NCBI GenBank assembly: GCA_020720805.1 | Contig: DYNZ01000003.1 | Coordinates: 35,927 to 99,926, forward strand | DNA length: 64,000 nucleotides | Reading direction: 5' to 3' | DNA from: Leptospira biflexa | GTDB lineage: Bacteria; Spirochaetota; DYNZ01 | Shown here: positions 18,639-30,000 of the stretch, in pieces | Layout: each line of letters starts with the position of its first letter | How positions within the stretch are numbered: the stretch's first letter is position 1 | Made by a program: the position numbers and the translations under genes | Notes under the pieces: model-generated | Database searches by the model: none | Told to the model about the DNA's origin: nothing | Seen by the model: the letters and a program-made list of their open reading frames with translations, nothing else

Positions 18639-20483
18639 TTAGGATTCTGCATCAGGGGCGTCCTCTTCTCCGGAAGAGTCTGAGGATTTTACTGAGCGTT
18701 TTGGCTGGTTGTCTGAGAGAGTTGGGGGATTTTGTTCTATAGTGATTTTACTGTAGATGTATCTCTGCTTTTTTCTCTCCTTTATTTTTTCCATCTCTAC
18801 CATGATGAGGCCATCTATGCAGTTGCCAAAGGATTCATCCACGCCAAAGTCAAAAAAACTGACCCCTTCATCTTCGCACAATTCTGTATATTGTTTGTAA
18901 AGGGTGGGAACGGTTGCTCCAAAATGCTTCAGGTTTTGTTTCAGATGTTTAAAGTCATCTTTATAGGATTCACCCGGAAAAATAGAATCGAAGTAGCTGG
19001 TTTTTTTGGGTGATAGGTAAAAACTATTTTTTGATTTTGCTAAGCTTTCTTTGGCGGAAAACCATTTTTTATAAAAATAGACCAGCATATCCTTGGCCTC
19101 CGGTATATAAGAAGGGCTTATTGTGACAGGACCGATCATAAATTTTATTTCAGGATGATGGGCTAAAAATGCGCCGATTCCGTGCCAAAGATAATCTAGA
19201 GCCGAGCTATTCCAGTATCTCTGCTGAACAAAACTTCTACCGAGCTCAATCGTTTCTGGAAGATATTTTTCAAATTGAGGGGTCAGGTCGAAAAGGCTAC
19301 TGATATATAAACCATTTGTGCCTTTGGTCTCTAAAATTTCCTTGCAAATTCCCAATCTATAGGCGCCGACGATCTCTAGGGCTGATTCATCCCAAAGGAC
19401 AAGATGCTTATAGTATTTGTCATACTCGTCCAGATCTCTTTTGTTTCCGGTCCCCTCTTCCATTTTGCGGAAGGTAATTTCGCGCAATCGAGAAATTTCG
19501 CGCATTGTTATGGGAAATTTAGGAAAATCGAGAAAAAAAATCATTTTTCCGTTCTCTGTCTTTCCCAATAAATTGCCTTGCAAAATCTCCTCTCGTAATT
19601 CTTTTCTGTTGACGGGATGTATGACGGTTTTCTCGGTTCGAAAGGGACCTTTGCGATTTGCGCTGATAGCCTCGATGTGACTTTTCAGTAATTTTATTGC
19701 GTAATCAGATTTGATTGCATGGAAATGTTGATTGGGAATGGGGTCACCAATTTTAATTAAAATAGTCTTTTTCCGCTTATTCAATATTTCCGAGGGCAGT
19801 AGTAACATGGCAATTCGGTTGCTAAATATCGATAGAATATAAAAAAGAATAGAATTTGAGGCGCGAATAAAAACAGGCAAAATAGGGGTTTCGGTCAGTT
19901 TGGCAAAACTGATAATCTCTTTACGCCAAGTTTTTGCTGTCCATTCTGCAATCGTTAATCGGGTGACGTCAGATGCTGGAAAAATAATTACTGCCTCTTC
20001 CTTTTTTAGTGCGAGTGATATTGCCTGCACGTCTTCGGGTGAAAAATTTTTTGTAAAAGAGGAGTCGTTCGGCAAAAATAGTTCGCGCAGATTGACGATT
20101 TGCCAAAGAATATCATTAACGACTATGCGGACATCGGATCGAACTTCTTTTATAACTTTTAGCAATGCCAGTCCGTCGAGGGCTCCCTGGGGGTGGTTGG
20201 CAACGATTAATAGTTTTCCTTCGGCTGGAATTTTTTCCTTATCGCGTGCTGCCAATGTGTATGAAAAATCTAAAAATTCAAATAGTTCATCGATAAACTC
20301 ATACCCTTTTTTGTCGAAATTTTTTTCAAGGAAATCGTTAATCTCTCTTTCTTTTAATATTTCCGGAAAATATTTTAAAATCCAGGATCGCAGGAAAAAA
20401 GGGTAATGAGCGAATTTTCGAGAGAGAATCGCTGAAAAATCTATTTTGGTGCTTGTTGTGTTATCCAGGGATTTCTGTTCCAT
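18639..20483 (-). CDS. olsF: bifunctional two-domain acyltransferase, OlsF-like (candidate ornithine-lipid synthase)
   Basis: 614 aa. N-terminal PlsC-type O-acyltransferase domain (IVANHPQGALDG; FPASDVTR resembling the FPEGTR motif). C-terminal OlsB/hemolysin-like N-acyltransferase domain (DEYDKYYKHLVLWDESALEIVGAYRLGI). Acidic S/E/D-rich tail. Confidence 0.65.
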   Translation of the reverse strand: MEQKSLDNTTSTKIDFSAILSRKFAHYPFFLRSWILKYFPEILKEREINDFLEKNFDKKGYEFIDELFEFLDFSYTLAARDKEKIPAEGKLLIVANHPQGALDGLALLKVIKEVRSDVRIVVNDILWQIVNLRELFLPNDSSFTKNFSPEDVQAISLALKKEEAVIIFPASDVTRLTIAEWTAKTWRKEIISFAKLTETPILPVFIRASNSILFYILSIFSNRIAMLLLPSEILNKRKKTILIKIGDPIPNQHFHAIKSDYAIKLLKSHIEAISANRKGPFRTEKTVIHPVNRKELREEILQGNLLGKTENGKMIFFLDFPKFPITMREISRLREITFRKMEEGTGNKRDLDEYDKYYKHLVLWDESALEIVGAYRLGICKEILETKGTNGLYISSLFDLTPQFEKYLPETIELGRSFVQQRYWNSSALDYLWHGIGAFLAHHPEIKFMIGPVTISPSYIPEAKDMLVYFYKKWFSAKESLAKSKNSFYLSPKKTSYFDSIFPGESYKDDFKHLKQNLKHFGATVPTLYKQYTELCEDEGVSFFDFGVDESFGNCIDGLIMVEMEKIKERKKQRYIYSKITIEQNPPTLSDNQPKRSVKSSDSSGEEDAPDAES

Positions 20484-20517
20484 CCTGCTTTCCTCATGAT
20501 TGAAAATTTGAAAAGAA

Positions 20518-21915
20518 TCAGACTACTCTGTTTAGACCGTTCAATGCGGCAACACGATAAGCTTCAGCCATGGTGGGATAGTTAAAGGTAGTATCAACAA
20601 AGTAATTCAAATTATTTCCGGAACCTCGCTGGCTCATGATTGCCTGGCCAATGTGGATGATTTCAGCCGCCTGGCTGCCGAAACAGTGGATGCCGAGGAT
20701 TTCCAGGGTCTCTCTATGAAATAGAATTTTTAAAACCCCTACCGTAACACCAATGATTTGAGCCCGCGCCAGGTTTCGAAAGTGAGCATGTCCCACTTCA
20801 TAAGGAATTTTTGCGTCCGTTAACTCTTTTTCAGTTTTCCCTAAGGAGCTAATTTCGGGACTTGTGTAAATACCTGTCGGAAAATCGTGCTGGCTTCGCC
20901 GACCATGCTCCTGGTAGAGGATATGTCTTGAAGCAAATCGTCCCTGGTCATAGGCAGAACTGGCTAAACTGGGATATCCGATAACATCGCCAACGGCATA
21001 AATATGGGGAATTGTCGTCTGGTAATCATCATTGACATCAAGCTGGCTCCTCTGGTTTACGGGAATACCGATCTCTTCTAGTCCCATACCTGAGGTATTT
21101 CCGGTACGTCCATTGGCCCATAGTAAAATATCTGATTTCAGTTTTTTCCCACTTTGGAGATGTAGGACAACTCCATCTTCCACTGCTTCTACCTTCTCGT
21201 AAGTTTCATTGTGACGTAACAAAACACCCTCATCCCGGAAGTGGTAGCTCAGGGCGTCTGTAATTTCATCATCTAAAAATTCCAATAAACGCGGTCTCGT
21301 ATTGACAAGATTGACCTTGATTCCCATATTTCGAAAAATTGAGGCGTATTCGCATCCAATGACACCAGCGCCGTAAATTGAAATGGATCGAGGGGTCTGT
21401 TTCAGCTCTAAAATAGTATCGCTGTCGCAAATGCGCGGATGGGAAAAATCGACATCGCTAGGATGATATGGTCGTGAACCTGTTGCGATGACGATTGCAT
21501 CACCGTGGCAGGTAATTTGGCTACCATCGCTCTGTTCCATAACGATAGTATGTGGATCCTGAAATCGGGCAAAGCCATGGATCACTTCAACGTGGTTTCT
21601 TTCATAAAAAGAGGTGCGCATCTTTACTTGACTATGAATAACAGCCGCGGCATCAGCTAGGTAGTCCTGGTATTTAACTTCTGAGAGATTTTGTACTCCC
21701 TGAAAATAGGCTTTTCCTTTGATGCTGGTTGCAAGATATAAAGAGTAGCGCAGCGCCTTGCTGGGAATGGTACCCTTATGGGTACAGGCACCGCCGAGCA
21801 GGGGGAATCGCTCCACTAGAAGAACGTTTTTTTGCCCTTTTACTGCCTGCATAGCGGCCCCTTCACCTCCTGGGCCACTGCCGATTATGATGATATCAAA
21901 CTTTTTTTTGTCCAT
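20518..21915 (-). CDS. sthA: soluble pyridine nucleotide transhydrogenase
   Basis: 465 aa. [11 protein letters not shown] ... [16 protein letters not shown] matches the SthA-type single-Cys redox motif rather than the LpdA two-Cys CxxxxC motif. Confidence 0.85.
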   Translation of the reverse strand: MDKKKFDIIIIGSGPGGEGAAMQAVKGQKNVLLVERFPLLGGACTHKGTIPSKALRYSLYLATSIKGKAYFQGVQNLSEVKYQDYLADAAAVIHSQVKMRTSFYERNHVEVIHGFARFQDPHTIVMEQSDGSQITCHGDAIVIATGSRPYHPSDVDFSHPRICDSDTILELKQTPRSISIYGAGVIGCEYASIFRNMGIKVNLVNTRPRLLEFLDDEITDALSYHFRDEGVLLRHNETYEKVEAVEDGVVLHLQSGKKLKSDILLWANGRTGNTSGMGLEEIGIPVNQRSQLDVNDDYQTTIPHIYAVGDVIGYPSLASSAYDQGRFASRHILYQEHGRRSQHDFPTGIYTSPEISSLGKTEKELTDAKIPYEVGHAHFRNLARAQIIGVTVGVLKILFHRETLEILGIHCFGSQAAEIIHIGQAIMSQRGSGNNLNYFVDTTFNYPTMAEAYRVAALNGLNRVV

Positions 21916-21921
21916 TTTGAT

Positions 21922-22287
21922 CTATCTGCCTTTTTCGCCAATATAGTACAATCGTAGATTTGGTTTATGGATTCTGTAATATAGTGTTGCATATCTTCCA
22001 TTAAAGGAATACTTGAACACCTTTCCAGATTTTACGACATCAAGTGATTTTGAGAAAAGAGTAGACGCAACTCCCTGGGCATTGAGCAGGGCTGCCTCTT
22101 TTGCGGTGATTCTTTTCTTTATACCCTCTGCGTCTGTGGCAGGATAGCCGCGTGCTACGATCTGGTAGGTGTTATTATTTAAAAATTTTTTAGATAGAAT
22201 CACTTTGCGCTCGGATGCCCTTGCCGGACCCATGATAGTAATGCTTACAACGAGAAAGAGGGTTGAAATAGATATTTTTGTTAACAT
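21922..22287 (-). CDS. small secreted protein or lipoprotein, unknown function
   Basis: 121 aa. N-terminal hydrophobic signal (LFLVVSITIMGPARA). No recognisable domain. Confidence 0.5.
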   Translation of the reverse strand: MLTKISISTLFLVVSITIMGPARASERKVILSKKFLNNNTYQIVARGYPATDAEGIKKRITAKEAALLNAQGVASTLFSKSLDVVKSGKVFKYSFNGRYATLYYRIHKPNLRLYYIGEKGR

Positions 22288-22326
22288 ATTTTTTAGGAAT
22301 TTTCTTCAGATAAAATTTTCTACTAA

Positions 22327-22351
22327 TAGAAAGTGTTTTTAACACTTTCTA
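22327..22351. promoter_or_regulatory. perfect 11-bp inverted repeat (TAGAAAGTGTT-ttt-AACACTTTCTA), candidate operator
   Basis: Read directly. Arms at 22327-22337 and 22341-22351, 40-65 bp upstream of the lipoprotein start (22287, minus strand). No flanking U-tract on either strand, so a terminator is unlikely. Confidence 0.5.
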
Positions 22352-22403
22352 TTTTGTGTATAGCTATAAAACGGAGAATAAGATTATGCGATTATTCTTC
22401 AAT

Positions 22404-22438
22404 AAAAAAAAACCTTACCATGATAGGTAAGGTTTTTT
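22404..22438. terminator. bidirectional Rho-independent terminator downstream of the nfnAB-like gene
   Basis: A9 run (22404-22412), stem CCTTACC / GGTAAGG (22413-22419 and 22426-22432), then a T6 run (22433-22438). Hairpin plus U-tract on both strands. Confidence 0.7.
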
Positions 22439-22463
22439 GGAATTGTAGAATTTGGAAGAGAGA

Positions 22464-24731
22464 TTAGTATTTAGAAGCAATAAAGTCTATCATGCCCCTT
22501 GCAGCGACTTTTCCAGCTCCCATAGCCTCAATAACCGTTGCAGCGCCTGTGACAATGTCCCCACCAGCAAAGACACCAGGTATGGATGTCATACCTGTTT
22601 TTTCGTCTATGGTGATGTTGCCCCATTTGTTGGTTTCTAAACCAGGGGTAGTCGAAGAGATAATGGGATTGGCATTGGTTCCAAGTGCGTAAATGACCGT
22701 ATCGCAATCCAGGATAAAGTTGCTACCTTCAATGGTGATTGGTCTTCTGCGGCCTGAAGAGTCAGGTTCTCCCAGCTCCATCCGAACGCATTCCATACCC
22801 ACAACCCAGTTATCTTTGTCTCCCAGAATCCGAACAGGGTTGGTAAGCCAATTGAAGTCCACGCCCTCCTCTTGAGCATGATGCAGCTCTTCGATCCTTG
22901 CAGGAGACTCTTTTTCGCTGCGGCGGTAGACACAATAGACCTTTTCTGCTCCCATGCGTAGAGCTACCCGGCAGGCATCCATTGCGGTGTTGCCAGCGCC
23001 GATAACAGCAACTTTTTTCCCCATTCCCACTGGGGTATCATGATTTGGAAAGTCAGATCCTACCATCAAATTGACGCGTGTCAAAAACTCGTTTGCAGAG
23101 CTGACTCCGTTTAAGCCCTCTCCTTCAATCCCCATGAAGGATGGAAAACCTGCACCAACCGCAACAAACACAGCCTTATAATTTTTATCCTTCATGAGTT
23201 GCTCTATCGTAAAGACTTTGCCAATAATTCTGTTCAGCTCAATTTTTACACCAAGCTGCTTCAATGTTTTAATCTCCCGGTCAATGATGGGATTGGGCAG
23301 ACGAAATTCGGGGATACCATACTTGAGAACGCCGCCGGCAACATGGAGGGCTTCATAGATTGTGACATCAAATCCATTTAAGGCCAGCTCGCCAGCGCAG
23401 GCTAATCCTCCTGGACCGGCACCGACAATGGCAACCTTATGGCCATTGCTAGCGATTTCCGGAACTTCTTCCATGTCATGCGCCATGGCATAATCGGCAA
23501 CAAATCGCTCCAAACGTCCAATTGCCACAGGTTCGAGTTTCCGGCCAACAATACATTTCTCTTCACATTGGTTCTCCTGGGGACAGACACGGCCGCAAAC
23601 AGCAGGCAAGGCATTGTATTTTTTTAGGATTTCAAAAGATTTTTTGAGATCTTTGTTCTGAATCTCTCGAATAAACCCTGGAATATCGATGCCAACGGGG
23701 CATCCCTGCACGCAAAGGGGATTTTTGCAATCCAGGCAACGGTCTGCCTCTGTAAGAGCCATTTCCATGGTGTAGCCAAGGGCAACTTCGGCAAAGTTTT
23801 TTACGCGATGTTTAGGCTCCTGTTCTGGCATTTTTGTACGGTCAGGATTGATTGTTTTGACAGTTTTCCTGATAGAACGGCGCGCCTCCTGGAGTTTACA
23901 ATTTTCTTCATAGCCGCTCTGGGAAGTCTTTTCCTCACGCTCAAATCTGCGTTGCCGATGCATCAACTCTTTGAAATCGACGAGATGAGCATCAAAGTCT
24001 GGACCATCCACACAGGCAAACTTTAATTTTCCGTCTAATGTAACCCTGCAGGAACCGCACATTCCTGTACCGTCTACCATGATGGAGTTCAAAGATACCA
24101 TTGTTTTAATGTTGTAAGGGCGGGTAAGCTCTGCTGTTGCGTTCATCATTGGCAGAGGGCCGATCGCAATGATCTCTTCTACATCCTTATTTTTCGGATC
24201 ATCCAGGACTTTTTTAAGAACATCGGTTACAAAACCTTTCTCTCCGTACGATCCATCGTTTGTGGCGATCAATAGCTCGTCAGAATATAGGCGAAATTTA
24301 TCCTCCCAGAAAACCAGCTCCTTGCTCCGAAAACCAATAATCGAGATGGTATGCGCTCCCATCTCCTTGAACTTGCGCAATTGGGGGAATACGGGAGCGA
24401 TGCCCAAGCCTCCGCCTACCAAAACAACTTTGGTTTTCTTTTTGATGTCACTTTTCACTCCAAGCGGGCCGGTAAAATCCGGGAAGTAATCGCCCTCTTT
24501 GAAGTTGTCGCGCATCTCTTGGGTCGATTTGCCAACTACTTGTACCACGATTGTAATGGTCCCTTTTTCTCTATCAAAATCGGCGACAGTAAGTGGAATC
24601 CGCTCGCCACGCTCCGATAACTTGACCATAACAAAGTGACCAGGCTCGGCCGCTTTTGCCATATCAGGATCTTCCACTTCCCATAAGAATGTAACTGGTG
24701 AGAACTCTTCTCTTTTCGCAATCTTAAACAT
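22464..24731 (-). CDS. fused NfnA-NfnB-like NAD(P)H/ferredoxin oxidoreductase (PyrK-like FAD/2Fe-2S module fused to a GltD-like 2x[4Fe-4S]/FAD/NADPH module)
   Basis: 755 aa. N-terminal ferredoxin-reductase fold with C-terminal CGSCRV...C cluster motif. C-terminal half carries CLDCKNPLCVQGCP and CGRVCPQENQCEEKC clusters and dinucleotide-binding VAIVGAGPGG. Confidence 0.8.
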   Translation of the reverse strand: MFKIAKREEFSPVTFLWEVEDPDMAKAAEPGHFVMVKLSERGERIPLTVADFDREKGTITIVVQVVGKSTQEMRDNFKEGDYFPDFTGPLGVKSDIKKKTKVVLVGGGLGIAPVFPQLRKFKEMGAHTISIIGFRSKELVFWEDKFRLYSDELLIATNDGSYGEKGFVTDVLKKVLDDPKNKDVEEIIAIGPLPMMNATAELTRPYNIKTMVSLNSIMVDGTGMCGSCRVTLDGKLKFACVDGPDFDAHLVDFKELMHRQRRFEREEKTSQSGYEENCKLQEARRSIRKTVKTINPDRTKMPEQEPKHRVKNFAEVALGYTMEMALTEADRCLDCKNPLCVQGCPVGIDIPGFIREIQNKDLKKSFEILKKYNALPAVCGRVCPQENQCEEKCIVGRKLEPVAIGRLERFVADYAMAHDMEEVPEIASNGHKVAIVGAGPGGLACAGELALNGFDVTIYEALHVAGGVLKYGIPEFRLPNPIIDREIKTLKQLGVKIELNRIIGKVFTIEQLMKDKNYKAVFVAVGAGFPSFMGIEGEGLNGVSSANEFLTRVNLMVGSDFPNHDTPVGMGKKVAVIGAGNTAMDACRVALRMGAEKVYCVYRRSEKESPARIEELHHAQEEGVDFNWLTNPVRILGDKDNWVVGMECVRMELGEPDSSGRRRPITIEGSNFILDCDTVIYALGTNANPIISSTTPGLETNKWGNITIDEKTGMTSIPGVFAGGDIVTGAATVIEAMGAGKVAARGMIDFIASKY

Positions 24732-25400
24732 ATAGACTTTTTCCCCTTTTCCTGATCTCTTTTCTAATTTGACTACTAAACTGCCAAAGCGACATTGCTG
24801 GCATCCTTATGGCTGGCGCCGGAAACCAAAATTTGGTACATCAACAGGCAGCCATCTGAAGGTAGGTAGATTTACCCAATCGAATTAGGTTTTCTCCTTG
24901 GCATCGCTTCCATTATGATTTCATAAAAAGAAGCGAAACAAAGACGCATCGCCTCGGAAACCAATTCTGTATTGCAAACAAAGAAATTTTAGCAAGGAGA
25001 AGTTGTCTACTTTTTTTATTATTAATTTGACAATTCAGTTTGACTTTTTTGTTATTTGACTTATATTATATGATCATATATTTATATAAATATTTGTTTT
25101 TTTGAATGTTTTTCCTCCATAGCCAGTAAGGCTTCCTCTTGAAAAGCTATTAATCCTTTACAAATAAACAAGAAAGTATAAAATTGGTCTGTTTGAGGTG
25201 CTGTGATTTTCTGCAACTGTTATCAAGAACAGGAAAACTCACAGTTTTATCCGCTCTCCACGACCGCTACAAGGGCTGGCATGTCTCTTTGCAGGCTTGC
25301 TACTGGATCTGGGTATTGTAACACACAATTCGCTGAATTACAAATCCGCAGACGTGAGCCTGAGCAGTCTTGTCAGGTGAGTCTGGCTATTCTATGAACA

Positions 25401-28400
25401 ATGTATGAGGTGATCATGATGAGCAATCCATTACGACCTGTGGCTGAAGGGCTATATCTCCCCCAATTTGAGCATGATGCGTGCGGAGTCGGGATGATAT
25501 GCCACTTGAAAGGTGAGAAATCTCACGAGATCATAAAAAATGGACTGCAAATCCTCATGAACCTGGAACACAGGGGTGCCGCTGGTAGTGATGATCGAAC
25601 CGGTGATGGCGCAGGAATATTGATGCAGATTCCCCACGATTTTATGAAAAGAGTTTCCCTTGAAGCGGGTTGGCAACTACCAGACGAAGCGAATTACGGT
25701 GTAGGTTTGGTGTTTCTGCCTCAGGACAGCAAAGAGAGAGAGTATTGCAAACTCACATTTGAGCAGATTGTAAAGGGAGAAGAGCAGGAGTTTATTGGTT
25801 GGCGTAGGGTGCCAACTGTTTCCGATGCCATTGGCCGAACAGCGAGAACGACCGAGCCCTATGTGGAGCAAATCTTTATCGGAAAAGGCAAATCGATCAA
25901 AGATAACAAGAAATTTGAACGCAAGCTGTTTGTGATCCGCAAGGTAATGGCCAGAACCATTCGGGAATCCAATCTTAAACAAAAACAGTTCTTTTACATT
26001 CCCAGTTTATCCTGCAATACAATCGTATATAAAGGTATGCTTCTTGCTGACCAGGTGGATGCTTTTTATCCGGACTTAAAAGAGACGGATATGCGCAGCG
26101 GGCTTGCTATCGTACACCAGCGTTATAGTACGAATACCTTTCCAAGTTGGGATCTGGCGCAGCCATTTCGTTTTTTAGCGCACAATGGCGAAATTAATAC
26201 ACTCAGAGGAAATATGAACTGGCTGACTGCACGCCAGCATCTTTTCCAGTCACCATTATTTGGAGATGATATCAAGAAAATTTTGCCAATTCTTACTCAG
26301 AATGCAAGCGATTCGGCGATTTTGGATAATGCGCTTGAGCTTTTATACCATACTGGTCGCTCGCTACCGCACGCGGTAATGATGCTGATTCCGGAAGCCT
26401 GGCAGAATCATAATACTATGCCGGATGAAAGAAAGGCCTTTTACGAATATCACTCCTGCATGATGGAGCCGTGGGATGGACCTGCATCCATTCCTTTTAC
26501 AGATGGACATGTAATAGGCGCGGTTTTAGATCGGAATGGATTGCGCCCCTCTCGTTATCTGGTTACGAAAGATGATTTTGTGATCATGGGTTCTGAAACC
26601 GGAGCCTTGCAGATCAATCCTGCGAATATAAGCTATAAAGGTCGGCTTGAACCTGGAAAAATGTTTTTGATCGACACGGATCAGGGAAGAATTATCGATA
26701 ATGAAGAGATAAAAACAGAGATGAGTTGGCGCAAACCTTATCGTTCCTGGCTCAAGGACAATATGGTCAAGTTGGATAAGCTGCCAAAGCCGGAAAAAAT
26801 TAAGGTTTCCAATCTCGAAACTCTGGTTCTCAGGCAGCGTCTGTTTGGTTTTACAGTCGAAGATTTGAAGTTTATTCTATCCCCTATGGCCGAAAAAGGT
26901 CAGGAACCTGTTGGTTCGATGGGAAGTGATATCCCGTTGGCTATTTTGTCCAGCAGGCCGCAGCTTCTATTCAACTATTTCAAACAGCTGTTTGCCCAGG
27001 TTACTAACCCCCCATTAGATGCGATACGGGAAAAACTGGTTACCTCCATGGTTACCAATCTTGGTGCTGAAAAAGATCTTTTTCAGGAGACTCCGGAACA
27101 TGCAGCGCAATTAAAACTGGATCAGCCTATTCTCACAAATGAGGCTCTGGAGAAAATTCGGGAGTTAAATAAACCTCACTTGTCTGCCCGTACCCTGCAT
27201 ACTTTATTCAAAATTAAGCAGGGAGGAGATGGCCTACGTAATGGTATCGATGATCTGTGCCAAAAAGCGGAACAGGCGATCCGTGACGGTGGCACTCTTT
27301 TAATCCTTTCAGATCGTAAGTTAGATCAGGAAAATGCGCCCATTCCCATTTTGTTGGCAGCATCTGGAGTTCACCACTACTTAATCCGTAAAGGATTGCG
27401 TACAAAATGCGGAATCATTGTAGAGAGCGGAGAACCTAGAGAGGTGCACCATTTCTCCGTGCTTTTCGGTTACGGAGTCGGAGCAGTAAATCCCTACCTT
27501 GCCTTTGAAACCATTGAACAGATGGTTCGCAAGGAGATGATTGCTGACATTGATCTGGATAAAGCGATCGTTAATTATATTAAGGCTATTAATAATGGTA
27601 TTTTGAAAGTAATGTCGAAAATGGGAATCTCGACACTGCATAGCTACCGAGGAGCGCAGATCTTTGAATCCATTGGATTGCAAAAAAGTGTAATCGACGA
27701 ATACTTCACCTGGACTGCATCCCGAATTGGTGGTCTGGATTTGGGCGGGATTGCGAAAGAGGTTGAAATGCGTCATAACCGCGCCTACGTGATGGGGAAC
27801 AATCCTGAATTTATGGACCTTGATCAGGGCGGTGTCTACCAGTGGCGTCGCAATGGCGAGCATCATTTATTCAACCCATTAACTGTAGCAAAATTGCAGC
27901 AATCAACACGTGAAAACAATCGTAAAATTTATGACGAGTATGCTCAGTTGATCAATGATCAGAGTCAGAAACTGTCGACGCTCCGTGGTATGCTTGAGTT
28001 TAATTTACAGGGTAATGAGCCGGTTCCCATTGAAGAGGTGGAATCGATAGAATCGATAGTAAAACGGTTTAAAACCGGCGCGATGTCCTATGGGTCCCTT
28101 AGTAAAGAGGTGCATGAAACTTTGGCAATTGCCATGAATCGACTTGGAGGCAGGAGCAATAGCGGTGAGGGTGGTGAGGACAGTGATCGCTATATTCGTA
28201 TGAACAATGGAGATTTACGCCGTAGCGCGATCAAGCAGGTAGCGTCAGGGCGGTTTGGGGTAACCAGCAATTATTTAGTCAATGCCAATGAACTCCAGAT
28301 CAAAATAAGCCAGGGAGCCAAACCTGGTGAGGGTGGTCAGCTTCCCAGTGAGAAAGTATATCCCTGGATTGCCAAAGTGCGTAATTCCACCCCTTACGTG

Positions 28401-29963
28401 AGTCTAATCTCGCCTCCTCCGCACCATGACATCTATTCCATTGAAGATATTGCGCAGTTGATTCATGACCTGAAAAACGCGAATGATAAGGCTCGTATCA
28501 ATGTGAAGCTTGTATCTGAGGTCGGGGTTGGTACTGTTGCTGCGGGTGTGGTAAAAGGCAAAGCGGATGTTGTTCTCATCAGCGGCTGGGATGGCGGAAC
28601 TGGAGCATCTCCGCAGACATCTTTGAAGCATGCTGGTTTGCCCTGGGAGCTGGGTCTTTCGGAGACGCATCAGACACTGATCAAGAATGATCTGCGCAGC
28701 CGTGTTGTTGTGGAGGTGGATGGTCAATTAAAAACAGGTAGAGATGTAGCGATAGCTTGTCTTCTAGGAGCAGAGGAGTTCGGGTTTGCTACGGCTCCTC
28801 TTGTTGTGTGTGGTTGTGTCATGATGCGGGTATGCCATCTGAACACCTGCTCTACGGGAGTAGCAACCCAGGATCCGGAGTTAAGGAAAAAATTTTCCGG
28901 AAAACCGGAGTATGTAATCAATTTTTTCCATTTTATCGCTCAGGATTTAAGGGAAATTATGGCGAGTCTTGGCTACAGAACTATCAATGAGATGGTTGGC
29001 CAGAGCCAAAGGTTGCGACCTAGAGCGGATATCGAAAACTGGAAAGCAAAGCAGATCGATTTTTCCAGGATTTTACATAAACCAGAGACTTCACCGGAGG
29101 TCGGTATTTTCTGTACCCAGGGTCAATATCATGGATTAGACAAAGCTCTGGACAATCAGTTAATCAACTTGGTGCAGCCCGCCTTAAAGAAACGGGAAAA
29201 GGTTGTAATAGATCAAATCATTAAAAACACGAATCGAACCGTAGGAACCATGCTCAGTGCGGAAATCACTCGTCTGCATGGCGAAGAGGGTCTGGATGAG
29301 GATACAATTATTATCAACTGCAAAGGATCTGCTGGCCAGAGCTTTGGTGCTTTTGCTGCCCATGGATTAACCTTAAAAGTGGAAGGGGATGCGAACGACT
29401 ACCTGGGTAAAGGATTGTCGGGAGGGAAGTTGATTGTCTATCCACCCAAGCAGTCCTCTTTTAACGCCGAAGAGAATATCTTGATTGGGAACGTTGCATT
29501 GTATGGAGCAACATCGGGTCAATTATTTGTGCGCGGAAAGGCTGGGGAGCGTTTTTGTGTCCGTAATAGCGGAGCCACTGCTGTCGTAGAGGGAGTTGGT
29601 GATCATGGTTGTGAATATATGACAGGCGGTATAGCGGTCATTCTCGGTGCCACTGGCAGAAATTTTGCAGCAGGTATGAGCGGCGGTATTGCTTATGTGC
29701 TGGATGAATCAGGTCTTTTTGCAAGACACAATTGCAATATGGAGATGGTAGAGCTCGAGGGTTTGGTGAAGCCGGATGAGGTATCTTTAGTTCATGAGCT
29801 GGTGGAGCGCCATTTTCAATATACAGGGAGTGATGTAGCTAGACGTATATTGAATAAATGGAGCGAATCTCTGCACCATTTTGTCAAAGTAATGCCTATC
29901 GAGTATAAGAGAGCTCTGTTGCGTTTAGCAGAGGAGAACAAAGAACCGTTATCGGTTGCCTGA
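25401..29963 (+). CDS. gltB: glutamate synthase large subunit
   Basis: 1520 aa. N-terminal amidotransferase with catalytic Cys in [11 protein letters not shown] domain and C-terminal GXGXG domain. Confidence 0.95.
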   Translation: MYEVIMMSNPLRPVAEGLYLPQFEHDACGVGMICHLKGEKSHEIIKNGLQILMNLEHRGAAGSDDRTGDGAGILMQIPHDFMKRVSLEAGWQLPDEANYGVGLVFLPQDSKEREYCKLTFEQIVKGEEQEFIGWRRVPTVSDAIGRTARTTEPYVEQIFIGKGKSIKDNKKFERKLFVIRKVMARTIRESNLKQKQFFYIPSLSCNTIVYKGMLLADQVDAFYPDLKETDMRSGLAIVHQRYSTNTFPSWDLAQPFRFLAHNGEINTLRGNMNWLTARQHLFQSPLFGDDIKKILPILTQNASDSAILDNALELLYHTGRSLPHAVMMLIPEAWQNHNTMPDERKAFYEYHSCMMEPWDGPASIPFTDGHVIGAVLDRNGLRPSRYLVTKDDFVIMGSETGALQINPANISYKGRLEPGKMFLIDTDQGRIIDNEEIKTEMSWRKPYRSWLKDNMVKLDKLPKPEKIKVSNLETLVLRQRLFGFTVEDLKFILSPMAEKGQEPVGSMGSDIPLAILSSRPQLLFNYFKQLFAQVTNPPLDAIREKLVTSMVTNLGAEKDLFQETPEHAAQLKLDQPILTNEALEKIRELNKPHLSARTLHTLFKIKQGGDGLRNGIDDLCQKAEQAIRDGGTLLILSDRKLDQENAPIPILLAASGVHHYLIRKGLRTKCGIIVESGEPREVHHFSVLFGYGVGAVNPYLAFETIEQMVRKEMIADIDLDKAIVNYIKAINNGILKVMSKMGISTLHSYRGAQIFESIGLQKSVIDEYFTWTASRIGGLDLGGIAKEVEMRHNRAYVMGNNPEFMDLDQGGVYQWRRNGEHHLFNPLTVAKLQQSTRENNRKIYDEYAQLINDQSQKLSTLRGMLEFNLQGNEPVPIEEVESIESIVKRFKTGAMSYGSLSKEVHETLAIAMNRLGGRSNSGEGGEDSDRYIRMNNGDLRRSAIKQVASGRFGVTSNYLVNANELQIKISQGAKPGEGGQLPSEKVYPWIAKVRNSTPYVSLISPPPHHDIYSIEDIAQLIHDLKNANDKARINVKLVSEVGVGTVAAGVVKGKADVVLISGWDGGTGASPQTSLKHAGLPWELGLSETHQTLIKNDLRSRVVVEVDGQLKTGRDVAIACLLGAEEFGFATAPLVVCGCVMMRVCHLNTCSTGVATQDPELRKKFSGKPEYVINFFHFIAQDLREIMASLGYRTINEMVGQSQRLRPRADIENWKAKQIDFSRILHKPETSPEVGIFCTQGQYHGLDKALDNQLINLVQPALKKREKVVIDQIIKNTNRTVGTMLSAEITRLHGEEGLDEDTIIINCKGSAGQSFGAFAAHGLTLKVEGDANDYLGKGLSGGKLIVYPPKQSSFNAEENILIGNVALYGATSGQLFVRGKAGERFCVRNSGATAVVEGVGDHGCEYMTGGIAVILGATGRNFAAGMSGGIAYVLDESGLFARHNCNMEMVELEGLVKPDEVSLVHELVERHFQYTGSDVARRILNKWSESLHHFVKVMPIEYKRALLRLAEENKEPLSVA

Positions 29964-30000
29964 TACGTTTGAAACAACAGGAAGAACGAGGAGTCATACC

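Noticed and set aside
25277-25293. sigma54-like -24/-12 promoter (TGGCAT-N5-TTTGCA) upstream of gltB
   Set aside because: GG-to-GC distance is 11 nt instead of the required 10, and the flanking consensus is weak. Mentioned only as a near-miss inside the leader.
25203-25397. 64-aa ORF inside the gltB leader
   Set aside because: No Shine-Dalgarno, and it overlaps predicted leader hairpins. More consistent with non-coding leader RNA.
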